Below are positions 1 to 14,039 of a DNA stretch of 64,000 nucleotides, piece after piece. The notes beneath the pieces were generated by a model that worked only from the letters and a program-made list of their open reading frames with translations, did not search any database and was not told the DNA's origin. The translations under genes were made by a program, and so were the position numbers. The first letter of the stretch is position 1. Each line of letters starts with the position of its first letter. Source of the DNA: the human T2T-CHM13v2.0 reference genome, Homo sapiens; assembly GCF_009914755.1 (NCBI RefSeq), contig NC_060931.1. One strand, written 5' to 3'.

Positions 1-218
1 CTCCTTGACCTGCCACAATGCCTCTGCTCCACCCAGAGCCTCAGCACCTGCGTTCTGCCCCCTCAGTAACCAGGGTCCCTCACCTGCCACTCCTGGGTTG
101 CTCTCTCCTTTTGAACTAGAAATTTTTCTACCCTCCTGCCCCTCCAGCCAAAATTACCTTTTTGATGTCCCATTTCCCCAGGACACTATTTTGTCCTAGG
201 GATCAAAAATAAAAAAAT

Positions 219-221
219 AAG

Positions 222-252
<31 letters not shown>

Positions 253-578
253 AAGAAAGAAAGGGAAGGGGGAAAGAAAGAAGAAAAGAAGAAGAAAGAA
301 AGAAGAAAGAAAAAGAAAGAGGAAGGAAGGAAAAGAAAGAAAGAAAGAAGAAAAAGAAAAGAAAGAAAGAAAGCAGGAAAGAAAAGAAAAGAAAGAAAGA
401 AAGGGAAGGGGGAAAGAAAGAAAAGAAGAAGAAAGAAAGAGGAAGGAAGGAAGGAAAAGAAAGAAAGAAGAAAGAGAAAGAAAGAAAAGAAAGAAAGCAG
501 CAAAGAAAGAAAGGAAAGAAAGAAAGAAGGAAAGAAAGAAAGAAAAGAAAAGAAAGAAAGAAAGAAAGAAAGAAAAGA
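219..578. repeat. Complex polypurine (GA)n/(GAAA)n/(GGAA)n tract
   Basis: 360 bp of A/G with only three C interruptions. Confidence 0.95.
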
Positions 579-1739
579 TCAAATTACCAGGATCTGAGGA
601 CCTGGGAGGATTTCAGAAATCGCTGGTCAGTCCCAGCAACTAAGGCTCAAATGCCCTCCCCAGGATTCTGCTGGAGATCATTCTGCCAGTCGCTCCAGGA
701 GCGAGGGGCTCACCTCTTCCTAAGGCAGGACTTTCCACGAGGCTAGACCAGACCAGTGTCCTCCAATTAATTCATTTCCCTGTGTCTTCCATCCATGGTT
801 TCAAACTCTGGGACCCCAAAGCACAGTGGCCCTTTACAAAGTTGAAGGCTATGTCCCTCTGGCTTCTGCAGATTTTCCTGATGTGGCAGGGTTTCAGGTC
901 CCCTGCCCATCCACCCCCCACCCCTCTAGCCTGACTGTCTGTGTCCCTCTAGAGGGTGACATGCCTTGAATGGCAGCGAACCCTGGTGTGGGCTGATGGT
1001 GTGGAGTACAGAGCGGTAGCCGCTGCCCTGTTATCAGCTGCTTCCAAAGGCCAGGGTGGTCGTTAGTGCATCATTAATAACCCATTATCGGGTTGTCATC
1101 TCTGAATTTATCTAAATTTATCTCAATTATTGTAACCCTGTAGACTGATAAGCCCTATAAGTATAAAATACACTGGATGAAAAAGCTACTTCCTATTATT
1201 TGTTCTAAAAAATTAACTCCTTCAAGTAATCTAGAGTTTGGTGACCAATTTCTTATTTTACCCTCCTCACATCTTCAAAACTCAGCACTGGTGATTTCAC
1301 GTCTGTTGATGGGATTCATCTGTCCCCCTCCACTAGACTGGAAGCTCCCCATAGGGTGAGACCCACTATAGCATCCCCCAATGTCCAGCACGGAACTGGA
1401 GCATCACAGGTGCCCTGAGGAATGAATGGGTGGACGGCGCTTACAGACTCGGGTGCCACTTCCTCTTGTCCAGCTCCATGCCCTCCCCCATAGTGTGTGG
1501 ACCATTGGGGGCCTAGAACTGAGGTCCTGGTTGGTAGCACCCAGGAGCCTGTTCCCAACATGGCCCCATGGCAGGGCCTGGTCTCCAGGTGTGGCATGAG
1601 GTGCTACATGAGCATTCTGTGAGCATCTTCAGGGAGAAAACAAAGTGTTGGCCAGGCCCACCGGAACAGCGGCCCACCTAAACAGGCTGGCGGGCGGAGG
1701 AGTGCCACAGAATGGACATGGGGAGGCCTTACAAGGTCT

Positions 1740-1968
1740 GTAGTAGCAGAGGTAGTGAATGTTTGTTGAGTTCTCTCTATGCGCTAGTGTTATTCTAAGT
1801 GAGGTCCATGGGCCACGCTTTTTGCTGACTACAACTCTGTGGAGTAGGACTAGGATTATCCCCATTTTCCTGGGTGAGAAGCTGAGGCTGCCAGAGTTAA
1901 GTTGACTAGGGCCACACAGCTGAGAAGTGGTGAAGCATAAATTGAAACTTGGGCAGTCTGACTCCCAT
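1740..1968 (-). mobile_element. MIR (interrupted by L1; remainder near 2500-2517)
   Basis: attatccccatttt...ctgaggct...ccacacagct...ggcagtctgactcc matches the reverse MIR core. Confidence 0.7.
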
Positions 1969-1986
1969 ATACTTTAAAAGAAAATA

Positions 1987-2327
1987 TTTCCATAGATTAT
2001 TGGGGAACAGGTGGTATTTGGTTACATGAGTAAGTTCTTTAGGGGTGATTTGTGAGATTTTGGTGCACCCATCACCCAAGCAGTATATAATGAACCCAAT
2101 TTATAGTCTTTTATCCCTCACCCCCTTCCCACCTCTCCCCCCAAGTTTCCAAAGTCCATTGTATCATTCTTATGCCTTTGCATCCTCATAGCTCCCGCTT
2201 ATGAGTGAGAACATACCATGTTTGGTTTTCCATTCCTAAGTTACTTCACTTAGAATAATCGTCTCCAGTTCCACCCACATTGCTGCAAATGCCATTAACT
2301 CATTCCTTTTTATGGCTGAGTAGTATT

Positions 2328-2417
<90 letters not shown>

Positions 2418-2497
2418 CACCATAGTTTCTTTATCCACTAGTTGATGGGCATTTGGGCTGGTTCCACATTTTTGCAATTGCGAATTTGTGTGCAAGT
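1987..2497 (-). mobile_element. L1 3' fragment (L1PB-like)
   Basis: ttggggaacaggtggtatttggttacatgagtaagttcttt...gagtgagaacat...ggctgagtagtattccat is typical antisense L1PB 3' sequence. Confidence 0.85.
2333..2414. repeat. Compound (AT)19(GT)22 microsatellite
   Basis: Read directly; perfect alternating purine-pyrimidine run inside the L1. Confidence 0.97.
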
Positions 2498-2696
2498 TTG
2501 CTTTTAACCACTATGCGATCTTGGCTCTCAAGGTGGAAATTTGATGTGGAAAGCAGAGTCAGGCCCTGGAAGAATCCCCCAGGCTATCTGTAAGAGCTAG
2601 AATCGGTATGATGTTCTAGAAGCAATTGGCCTGGGCAGTGCCCTGAGAGCTTAGCAGTGCAGTCATGAGCCAGCACTCTGCCTGGGTCTCTGTCAC

Positions 2697-2857
2697 AGAG
2701 TTTCTCGTGCTTGGCTGCAGCCTGGAGCCACCTTGGGGAGCTTGATGCCTGGGGCTCCCCACGGATTCCAGTGTCATCGGCCTGGGCATTTGGCATTTGG
2801 GATATTCACAAGCTCCTTGGTGACTCCAGGGTGCAGCCGAGGTTGAGAACCATTGGG
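2697..2857. mobile_element. MER5-like hAT-Charlie MITE
   Basis: cttggctgca...ggggagctt...aggttgagaaccatt termini resemble MER5A. Confidence 0.55.
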
Positions 2858-3485
2858 AATAGAAAAGCAAGAGGAAGCTGTTCTCACCTGCCCTTTCCAC
2901 ACCAGAGCCCCAGGGTCCCGGGGAGACTAAAGCTGGGGTCTATTTCTATTCCCCCAACCAAGACGGGAGCTTCACATCCCCACACACTGAGAGGCCAGAA
3001 TGGGTCAGACCAGAGTGAGTGTGCTCTGGCTAAGACTGGCCGACAGCTCTGCTCCCCTGGGGTGGGGACTGGACGTGGCCCTTTGGTTTAACTGCATTTT
3101 ACTCTTTCCAGCCTGTCTGGCCATTATTCTTGCAGGAGCACGCAGGACTAAAGTCCCCTTCCTCAGCACCACGCATGTCCCATCTCACCCTGTGTCTTCC
3201 AACTTCACTTGCCATAAATCAGTTGTCAGGACCCCCGACCCTAAAACAGTCACCTAATGATAAATCATGTTTAATTCTAATGGAACCCTCCCGCCAAGAC
3301 TACTCATCAGAGAGGAAGCTAATTCGCAGGGATATGAAGAGCTTTCTAAAATTAGTTCCAGACGTTTTTTGTCTTAAATCTGTATTATGGCTGCCCTATT
3401 TTTAATTTACTTTTTGAAAAACCACATTGGGACACTAAGTAATCTGGGGGCCCAAAAGACTTTGGGGGCCACGGGAACCTCCCAG

Positions 3486-3501
3486 GCCCTAGGGGGCAGT
3501 A
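3486..3501 (+). promoter_or_regulatory. Possible CTCF-like motif
   Basis: GCCCTAGGGGGCAGTA resembles the CTCF core CCACTAGGGGGCAGTA with two 5' mismatches; motif only. Confidence 0.25.
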
Positions 3502-6500
3502 GCACCACCATGCAGATCACCAGTTCCACAAAAGAACGGAACTCCACCAGTACCTAGTGTTATTAGTATAAGTTTTGGGAAAGATCCTTCTTTTCTTAGC
3601 TCATTAGAAAAACAATCACAGCATCCTATGGACTGGGCCAAAGTGGGCAGACATTGCAGTCCAGCCCAAAGAGGCCTGTCCCAGCAGGACGCCAGGGGAC
3701 AGGGTCAGAAAGAGGCAGCCCACAAGCTGAGCACAGCTGCAGAGGTTTTAGCTTGCTTACTACATTTGAATTAATTGCCAAACTTTTAAACTCAGGGGAA
3801 TTCCACAAAAATCTAGGTACCAGCTTTTCTTGAAGACAACGGAAGCTCAGGCCACCCTGAGGCCATCACCTCTGGCAGTCACCTGCCAAGCACGTGGCTC
3901 CAGCTTAGCCCGAGCGCCTCCACCTGCCCCGTCAAGGCCCAGATGCAGTGGCCCTTACCCATCACACTTGCGCTGTTCTGACCACAGACTCACAGTCATG
4001 GTCCCACCTGGCCCCATGGACATTTGGGTTTGCATCATCATCTAATGACACAGTGAAGCTCCTTGGCCTACCAGCTCCCTTTGTGTTCACCTTGACCAGC
4101 CCCCAGCTCCTTGCTTCTGCATCTTGACTTCTGCCGTGGTCCTGCCCAGAACCCTGAGGGCTGTTTCTCTTCCCTACTCCCCTCCGGCTTCTCCTTCCTA
4201 CCTTTCCACGCTGCAGGATGGGGTACTTCTGCTTGCCTCAGCTGCCTGGCCCCTCCAAAGCCTCCTTTGACCATCAGCCCAGCTTGCATGGATGCCCGGG
4301 ACACATACAGCACTTTCTTGGTCTTGGTTTACAAAGTAGTCTGCCCCAGTGGTCCCACCACACCTCCAATCAACTCCAGACCCCAGCCAGCCACTTGAAA
4401 ATCTGTAGTCCAGGCCAGAGGGCAAAAGGCACAGTCGAGGACAAGGAGCAGGCATCCCGTGTGGCGGGAGCAGGAACACTCTTGCTCAGGGTGCTGTGCG
4501 ATGGGCCATTGGTAGGTAGTCCCAGCTGGTCTGGTGTGTGAGGGGAGAGGCAGGTTCACCCAGCTGTCTGTGCCCGGGCAGGGCAACTCCCGAAGTGGGC
4601 TGAGGGAGAGCTCTCCGTGATCTCTAAGGAGGGAGGCAGCGCATTGCAGGGTTAGCAAACCTTTAGAAGATCCTCCCGGTGTTCTTCCTCCCGCTCCTGC
4701 CCTGCCCATAGCAGAAATCAACAACACGTGGGCACTGAGCTCTTTTCCAGAAACTTTCCAAAGAGACCCATGGGTCTGGCCAAGACCCTCAGGGGTTGCC
4801 CTCATTGGCCTGGGGACAGTTTTTCAGCGACTGCTCTTTGAGAAGAAGTCAGCATCAGAGGGAGTCAGAGAAGAGGGGTAAGCAAGCTAGGTTGGGGAGC
4901 TGCTACCCCCAAATCAGACTGCAAAGACAGGCAAGGGTCATGGCCACTTCCGTGGGCCCAGTGCCAGACAGCTCCACAGAGGCTCAGAGAGGGCTGAAGG
5001 GCCAAGCCTAAGGAAAACAACAAGGCTGAAACTCCCCATGTCTAACGACATCGTGAGCGTGGCTGCAGAGCTCCCACATGGCTTCCTCCTCCTTCCCAAG
5101 GGGCTGCCCCACCGCTTTGCCCTCACTAGCCAGAGCAATCTACCTTGTTCACTTTGCCCAAGACACAGGGAGGACCCTTGTGGTCTTTGCAGGGGCTTCA
5201 CCCAGTTGAGCTGGGAAGAGACCTCACAGCATCCTCCCCATCTCCCTGGCCCGGGTTTAGAATACTGAAGACACATAGTCCTGTCCTCCGTGGCCTACGC
5301 AGATCCTTCCTGTTCCTGAGATCTCTGGCCCCATGCGGGCCCATCTCTGCATTCCTAGCTTGGTGGATGCCCTGCCTATCTGGCTTCTACCTTTGATTGT
5401 TCCCTTGGTCACTCCGATGCCATGGTCCTATAGCAATCAGGGTGCTGAGTGAGTCCCTGCCTGTCCTGCCTTATAAGGAAGAGACAATTATTTGTGTCCT
5501 GCCCATCTTTGCTCATCATTGTCATGGGTTTTAGAATCAAGCCGACTTGGCTTTTCACTCCCTTAACACTGTGAGCTCCTCCTTATGCAAAACACCACAG
5601 GCCTGCCCGCCGGCCTTAAGCACACACCCTTCTGAGCCTCAGTTTTCCTGTCTGTAAAATAAAACTCAATGAAATGACACAAGTGAAACTCACCTGGTGC
5701 CTGCCCTCTTCTCATAAATGGCCCATTGCTTCTGTTCTCCTCTCCTCCCCCAGGCCAGGCCTCCCCTCCCTAGTCCTCATCTTATACCCACACCTCCCTG
5801 CCCCTCACTCAGGGCCTTGGCTCTGAAGGGAGACCCCGAGGCCATCTGAAAGTGTGAGCACAGCTGGCGGTGGTGGCTGGCATCCAGGGGACGTGAGGGC
5901 GCATTCGCCCCAGCGCAGCATTCCTCCTTCCTAAGCTTGCACAGGGCCTGGTATTGAAGGGCAGCAGATTCATTCCAGCATGACTACTGCAGCTACCTGT
6001 GTCTCCTGGCGGAAGGGGCAGCCTCAGGAGTGTGGAGTTCAGGGATCCAGCTTTGACTTGGCCACGCCCAGAGCCAGCCAGCCTCGAGCACCTGTTTCCT
6101 GTCTGGGGGCACGGGAACCCTCCTGTCCTCCAGGGACCCCAGCCTCCTCATCTCTGCTGGGCAGTCATCTACTACCCCTGGTTCTGACCCCTGAGACCTC
6201 TTGTCCTGGAGCCCGCAGGGTCCAGCTCAGCTGTGCCCCCTCTCGGGGCCGCTCTGGTGGCTTCTTTGCTGCCACCCTCCCCACCCCCGGCACTGTGCTC
6301 TCCCTGCCCCCACTACCACTCTCATCTGGTTGCCCAGTCCATGATTGTGAACTTGACCTCTACCCCTGGCTGCCTGGGCCTACGATCCTGCAAAAACCCC
6401 TCCAACCAGCTGGCCCCACCCCTCAGGACTTCCCTCCTGTGGCAGAGTCACCTGTGACACCTGGAGGGACTCCAGTCCAGTGTGTCCCCACCTTCAGGCT

Positions 6501-8488
6501 AACCCCCTTGGAGAAGCCTCCCGACGGTGCAGGCACGGGGGCACAGAGGCAGCAGGACATTGCAGGAGCAGAGACACGAAGACAAAAGAAACAAATGATT
6601 CCTTAAGATCCATGGCCAAAACAAATTGCCGCAATTAACACGTGCCACTGCCACGATCTATGGGCTGAAACGTGGCTGGAACGACGCAGAAGCAGAAACC
6701 ACAGAGAGCGTGCGCTCCAATAAAACGGCACTAAATGGCACGGCTGTGATGGAACTCGTTTCGATTTTGTTCCAAAACCTTGTTTAAGTGCGTTTATTGT
6801 TTCTGTGTGAAAGAACACAAATGCTTTTTGAAAATTGCTTCAGCATAAGCCTCACCTTCTCCAGAAAGTCTTTCTGATCCCTCCCATCCCTACCCCATGC
6901 AGGTCCGTGACCCCCACGATGCCCCCATATGTTGCCCCCCTATGTTGCCACGGTGCCCACACTTCCCTGTCACCACCAGTGTCCTCCTGGCTTCTCCACC
7001 CCCAGGGACTGTGCATCACCCGTCTCCACCCCACCCCAGAACAATGCTCTGTACACAGCAGACAGCAGGCAGCAGGTGACACAGGCCCAATGGAATGACT
7101 GTCAAGGTTAAGGGAGAGGTCATTTATGAACATCAAGGGAGGCACGCAGGCTGCTAAGGGGACCCTTGCAGAACAGATGAAATTCTTATTAGAAAGAGTC
7201 AGTGTTGATTTCTCAAAAAATCTATCAATCAATAAAATAAAAGCATAAAGACATAGAAACACATAAACAGAGAATCGTTTTACATGGAAGATGGGGAGTG
7301 GTGACTTGGCCTCATAGGGCCATAATCACCCTTTTGGGGTTTTGTCCCACATTAGAAGAGCAGCCCCATAGCAGAGATAAGAAAACCAAAAAAGGGTAAC
7401 AAAAACTGGGCACAGAGTCAGGACTGGACTGAAGCCCCGGAGAGCACGGGCAGCTCTCTAGCAGGTGGGGCAAGAGGGACTTTAGCTGGGAGCACTTGGC
7501 CCCCAGCCTAGGCACCAGAGCTCGAGGGGAGACCCTTCCCATTCCCTGAGAGATGGAGTATGGGTCTCACTTGCAGGGGAGCCTCGTGGGAATCCCTCAT
7601 ATGGGAAGAAGGATGGCATGGAATGGCCTTTCTCTCCCCCAACGCCCAGCCAAGGGAGGCAAGCCCTCCCTGTCCGCTCTAGCAATATGGCACAAGGGGG
7701 TATGATCTGCCAGTTCTCCCTTGAGAGGCTTGGTGGGGACCACCTGCAGGCCAGCTGGCAGCCCCCCTTCACCTGCTCACAACTAGCAGGCCAGGGGGTG
7801 AGGCATGGACCAGCATCTCCGCTGCTTTGAGCAATCATGAAAACTCCAGGTCCATGGAAGATAAGAAATTGGCTATCAAGGCTCTGAGGCATGTGCTATC
7901 TGCGATTTAGTAAATCTCTTCCCACCCCCAAATTTAATTTTTTAAAAAACCTCCCTCCTCAAGAACTTCATTCTCATGTATCCTAATCCACCCCGCCAGC
8001 TCCCAGCAGAGGGGAGGGCCACTCTCTTGGGTCCAAAGGCCCACACTAGCGGGGAAGCTCGCGGAGCCATGTCTCTGGGGGCCGTTTTTACTTTGTTTTG
8101 CCACTGTAGAGGCCACTCTTGGCAAGAAGCCTTTTTCACTAAAAGCCATCAGCTGCAGAAGAAGGCAAAGGGCTGAAATAGCATCAGGTGGAGGAGGCGG
8201 CCCTGGAGAGAGGCCTGGTTTCCATCCCAGCTCTCCCACCATCTGCCTGTGGCCTCTGCAAGCTCCCCAAGCCCTGGGGGCCTTCGTTTCCTCCCTGCAA
8301 AGGGAGCTGCCCTCAGAAGCACTCAGCTCGGTTCTTGGCATGGGGAGTGATTAGCTCTGCACAAACCTGGTAGTTTCACGAGAAGCCATGTAAGGTAGAG
8401 AAGTCGCTGAAGGCATCTCCCTCTCAGAGTTAAAAGGAAACAGAAAGACTGGATCTTGTGTCTCTTCCTCTTTTTAAAAAGGGAATTA

Positions 8489-8792
8489 GGCCTGGTGCAG
8501 TGGCTCACGCCTATAATACCAGCACTTTGGGAGGCCGAGGTGGGTGGATTACCTGAGATCAGGAGTTTGAGACCAGCCTGGTTAACACGGAAAAACCCCG
8601 TCTCTACTAAAAATAAAAAAATTAAAAACAAACAACAACAAAAACCATTAGCTGGGCATGGTAGCGCACACCTGTAGTCCCAGCTACTTGGGAGGCTGAG
8701 GCAAGAGAATTGCTTGAACCCGGGAGGCAGAGGTTGCAGTGAGCCGATCCAGCCTGGGAGAGAGTGAGACTCGGTCTCAATAAATACATAAA
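8489..8792 (+). mobile_element. AluS with small right-arm deletion
   Basis: Dimeric Alu; the gatcgcgccactgcac segment is largely missing before tccagcctggg. Confidence 0.93.
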
Positions 8793-8799
8793 TGGGAAG

Positions 8800-8953
8800 T
8801 CATATCATCACGAGGTCCCCACTTACCCTCATGACCTCATCTAACCCTAATAACCTTCCAGAGGCCCCGTCTCCAAGTATATGATCATGTTGGGGAATAG
8901 GGTTTCAACACATAAACCTGGGGAGGCCGGACTCACACATTCAGTCCATTGCA
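8800..8953 (-). mobile_element. MaLR (MLT1-type) LTR fragment
   Basis: catgacctcatctaaccctaat...tttcaacacat...cattcagtccattgca resembles a reverse MLT1 5' end. Confidence 0.65.
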
Positions 8954-9455
8954 CAATGTATCAAAAATTCTAATTGTATTGGGCAAGCCTACACTGCCCA
9001 ATTGTAAGCGAAGTCCCTGAGGCCGGAGAAATCAAGGTATCCATCAGTGAATACAGGGTATTAAGAAATGCCAAAGCTTACTGCTCAAGTTCATCTCCTG
9101 CTGACCCTGCGGCCCTGCTGCCTGGGCCTAGAATGGACGCACTTCTCCACAAGGCCTTGTCTTTCTTGAGATTCTCACAGTGTGACCCGAGAAGCATGCT
9201 CCACAATTTCTTATCAATTGAACACTAAAAATCCCATCTAGCTATGGGATGCCTAGTTTCTCCTCCTGGATTTTGTGGTTAAACCCTTCTGTCTCCAATG
9301 CAATGTAGCAGTGAGCACAGCTCTGGACCCGCATCCCAAGGCCTGAGGTCTAACGCTGCCTCTGCCCCCTCCTTTGCTGTGCAGCTTAGGCAAGTCACTT
9401 CACCTCTCTGGGCTGTGGTTCCTCATCCATCCAATGGGAGGGTTGAACTGCTCTT

Positions 9456-10051
<596 letters not shown>

Positions 10052-11629
10052 TAGCCCTTAAAATCTGGTACCAGTCACCATTTAGGCCTCTGGACATCAT
10101 CCTTGGGCAAAGGAGGCTTTTTTTTTAAGCTTGGGCCTAGCCCTCCCCACTTATATCCTGGACTGTGAAAATGGACCGAGTGGGCAATAGGGAATTCAGG
10201 ATGAGCTGGAAAAAAAGAAAAAAAAAACTCCTGCTGCAATAAATTACATCACAGTGGAGATCTCTTTCTACCCAGAAAATTCTGAGCCCAGACAATGGCT
10301 TATTTATTTCAGACAATATTCAATACAACAGAATTCCAGGTCAATAGAAGGATTTCTGCAGGTTCTTAGAGTTGGTAGCAAAGGGATTTAACCCACGGAG
10401 AAAAGAGAGCTGTTCAATAATAGATTCCCAGGCGTGAGGGAGGCCTTATTAATAAATCCATTGGTGGTCTGCTGAAAATGCTGCCCCCTCCCTTGCGGGC
10501 ATCCCACCTGACGACAGTGGGGGACTGATGCACCCAGGGCCCTGACCAGGGAGGACGTTTGGGTAAATATTTGGGCAGAGATGGCTGCTGCTAGAATGGT
10601 GAGCAGAGCTGGGGAGCGCAGGAAACGGCCCCTTTCTCCCAGGCCCTCAGATGAGACATTTTTATAAACATCCAGGCAGGCAGCCTCTGAAGACTCCTGG
10701 GCTTTACAAACACATCTCGTATTCTATAGTCAGCTGAGACCATGCTTTGAGCATGGGCGGTAAGAGGAGCAGGAAGCAGGAGGGGCGGGGAGGGGTCTGG
10801 CACCAGCTTTCTAAATTTAACATGCAGTTGCTTTTAGGCCAGTGGATAAAAAATAAATTCCAGTGCTTAAAGCTCTTATCTTTGTTTACCATTTCCCCAA
10901 ACAGCTAGTGACCTGCTCTCTGACTCCTACAGCAAATCATCAACAAGATGCACACGAAGATGAGGGATGGGAAATGCAGGAGGGGTGTGCGGAGGGCAAG
11001 TTGATGGCTCTCCGCCTTCCCGTCACGTTTATTTGGCCTGGCAGAGTGACCAGGATCTGCTAAGGTCATGAGGCTGTCCCTGGGTGGGTGGGGGCGTGGC
11101 CATGCTGCATCAGACCGGTCCAGAGGTGGAGGGCACCTTGGGGTCTCTCGTGTGGCTCTCCTGTTGATGAGGGACCTATGAATATCCCACAGCGACCTTT
11201 TCAGATGCTCCATAACCTCGTGTGAAAAGCCCCGGTGGACCTGGGCTTGCCTATTGCATTGTGAAGTTGTAGTCCTTTGAAAATCCTGCCCCACGTGGAG
11301 TCAGAATCTTTCTTTCTGGGACTGATGCCATGGGGCCTGGCTCCACCCCCACAACTGCATGGCACAGCACTGCCTTTTCCTTGGCCATGGGCTCACCCTG
11401 CAGATGGGTGATGATGCGCTCCTGCCTCCCTTCAGTTTGTTCTGTTCTCCCAAATTCTTTCAGTGTGCCTGGTAGAAGCAGTCTGCCAGTCTCCCCTCGC
11501 TCCCTCTCATTCATCCCCTCTCTAACTACTCATCCTGCGACCCCACTGACTTGGTTTTGGCCTTGTCCCTGCCACAGTTGACAAATATAATGGCGCGTCT
11601 TCTTCTTCATTATTATCATTATTATTACT

Positions 11630-11864
11630 GGCAATCATAGTCCACTCTGCCTCAAACTCCTAGGTTCAAGTGATCCTTCCACCTCGGCCTCCCGAGTAGC
11701 TGGGATTACAGGTGCACACCACCATGTCTGGCATTTTTTTTTTTTTTTAGAGATGGGGTTTCACTATGTTGTCCAGGCTGGTCTCGATCTCCTGGCCTCA
11801 AGCAATCCTGCCACCTCAGCCTCCCAAAGTGCTGGGATTACAGGCGTGAGCCACCGTGCCAGCC
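11630..11864 (-). mobile_element. AluJ-like, 3' truncated
   Basis: ctcctggcctcaagcaatcc left arm and partial right arm. Confidence 0.88.
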
Positions 11865-12299
11865 ATCAATGGTCTCTCTTAGTCTTGAATCTCCCAGGCA
11901 CTGTCCAGGAGATCTGAGATGTTTTCCAGGGTCCCTTACTTTCCAGTTGCCCTGCCACCTTCCCCTGGGAAGCATTAAGGTTCAATGCTTGGCTCTGTGC
12001 TTGTTTTTCTTACCCCTATCCCAGAGGACTCATCCCCGTCTGTGCGATACCATCTCCCCACTTCTACGCCAAGCTGCTCACGGTCTCACCCAGGTGGGGT
12101 GGTGGAGGGGGCCTCCAGCAAAATCCTGCAAAAGCTGATCTCCTTCCCCTGGAAGATGCTGCCCCACCCATGTGGTCCTCTTTCTGTGTTTCTCTCAGCC
12201 ACTTAGGAATGAAACCAGGGAATCCCTTTCATCTCTCTTCATTCCCTGACCCGTTAAATCCCAACACCCTCACCTCCCCTGGTAGAGCTTCCTTTATGA

Positions 12300-12422
12300 C
12301 AGTGATTCTGAAATCCAGGCTGCATGTGATAATCCCTTGGGGGACTTCTAAAACAATACCAATTCCTGCACCCCAATCCAGACCGATTAAGTGGAAATGT
12401 TTTGGGATGGGCCCCAGCATCA
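12300..12422. mobile_element. MER5-like fragment
   Basis: cagtgattct...ggctgcat...gggatgggcccagcatc-like pattern. Confidence 0.5.
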
Positions 12423-13384
12423 ATAGGGAACAGCCAAGATAGACAGCCACTGCTGATAAGGCTTCTCTCTTTCAGCCCCTTTTCCCATTCTGACTACTGG
12501 CCTTGTGATTGGAGCACCTCACTTTTGCCTGGACTATTGCAAGAACCTCCTGTCTTATTGACCTATTTCCCAACTCTTTCTACCTCAGCCATCCTACATG
12601 TCGTTGTCAGATCACACAAAGCCATTTTCAGTATGTTATCTTGACTCATCAAAAACCTTCAGTGGCTCCCTATTACCATAAAAATAAATCTGTGAATGAA
12701 CAAATAAATGGTTTCCCAAATACAGAGTAAGTTCTATATGGCACAGAACCGTATCTTATCCCCTCTCTTTCCCTGCCCCTCACCCCACACACTCTGCTAA
12801 TCGGAGTAAATAGAGGGAACCAGGATCTGTGGGGTGAGTGAACAAAAGCATTTTCTCTGCAAATTAAATGTGGTCCACTCACTTCCCAGTGCAGAGAAAG
12901 TGGGCTAGGTGATTTAACTATCACTTACTTAGGGGCTTATTTCTTTCAACATCATATACAGTCAGCTGTGAATGTTCCATACTAATGGAAAAAACAGAAT
13001 CCTAAATATTACCAAACAGCAGATAATTCAAAGACTCGAATCTAGTTGATGTTGGAATGCGTTTTTGCTTATGAGTGCTGAGTGCTTGTGTCTGATAATT
13101 GGGGCAATTTTTAAAAATTAGGTAATTAGATGTGTTTTATTTGTTCCTATTTCCCCCTCCCCCCACTATACACACACACTATATGAATAAATAACTCAGC
13201 TCCCAAAACAATGCCCTATTTCTTTCTCTCAGTCCTTTCCTGGAATAGAGATAGTGGTTACATTTCAGAATATTAGCAAGGAAGGGAGAAGAAACTGGGG
13301 AGGAGCCTGCAGTTAGAGTAAATAGAAGAAACTAGGATGTCAACAGGCTGCTTTTCAACTGATTCACTGTTAAAATTTTAGGCA

Positions 13385-13980
13385 GTGTGAACAACCTGTC
13401 TGTCAAACTGTTTGCAATATCTACTAAAGCTGAACATACACATCCCTCATGACCCGGCAGTGCCATGCCCAGATGTACACCCAACAGAAACCTGTACTCT
13501 GTTCACCAAAAGCCATAAACAAGAATGTTCATAAGGCTTTATTCATAATGGCCCCCAACCTGGGAACAACTCAAATGTCCATTGACAAGGAAAAGGATGG
13601 ATAAATCGGGGCAGCTCACCCAATGGAGCACCAAATCATGAGGATGAACACACCACAACACACAACATGGGTGACTGTCACAGACATGAAACTGAGCAAA
13701 AGAAGGCAGACCGAAAAGCCTGCATGGAAATATTTCATTTATAGGAAGTTCAAGACAAAGAGGCAAAAGTAATCTCTCGTGTTAGAAGTCAAGACAGTGG
13801 TTACTACTGAGGGGCATGTGACCGGGAGAGGCCACGGGTGTGCTTCCAAGTGCTGGAAGGTTCTGTCTTGGTCTAAGTGCTGGTTACACAGGAATGCTTA
13901 CAGTGTGAAAATTCATTGAGCTCTAAGTTTGTGTTTGTGTCATATTTTTCCATATGCGTGTTATTCTTCCATAAAATGTA
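13385..13980 (+). mobile_element. Old L1M (L1ME-like) 3' fragment
   Basis: aatatctactaaagctgaacat...aagaatgttcata...caactcaaatgtccattgaca...gaaaattcattgagct. Confidence 0.8.
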
Positions 13981-14039
13981 CAAGAGGAAAGGAAGGGAGG
14001 GAAGGCTGGAGGGAGGGAAGGTAAGACCAGGTAGGCCCA

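Noticed and set aside
186-582. Phe/Leu/Ser-rich 'membrane protein' ORFs
   Set aside because: Reverse translation of the GAAA tract.
5980-6606. 208-aa ATG-initiated ORF
   Set aside because: Pro/Ser-rich chance ORF in GC-rich intron with no recognisable family. PhyloCSF or Ribo-seq would be needed to revive it.
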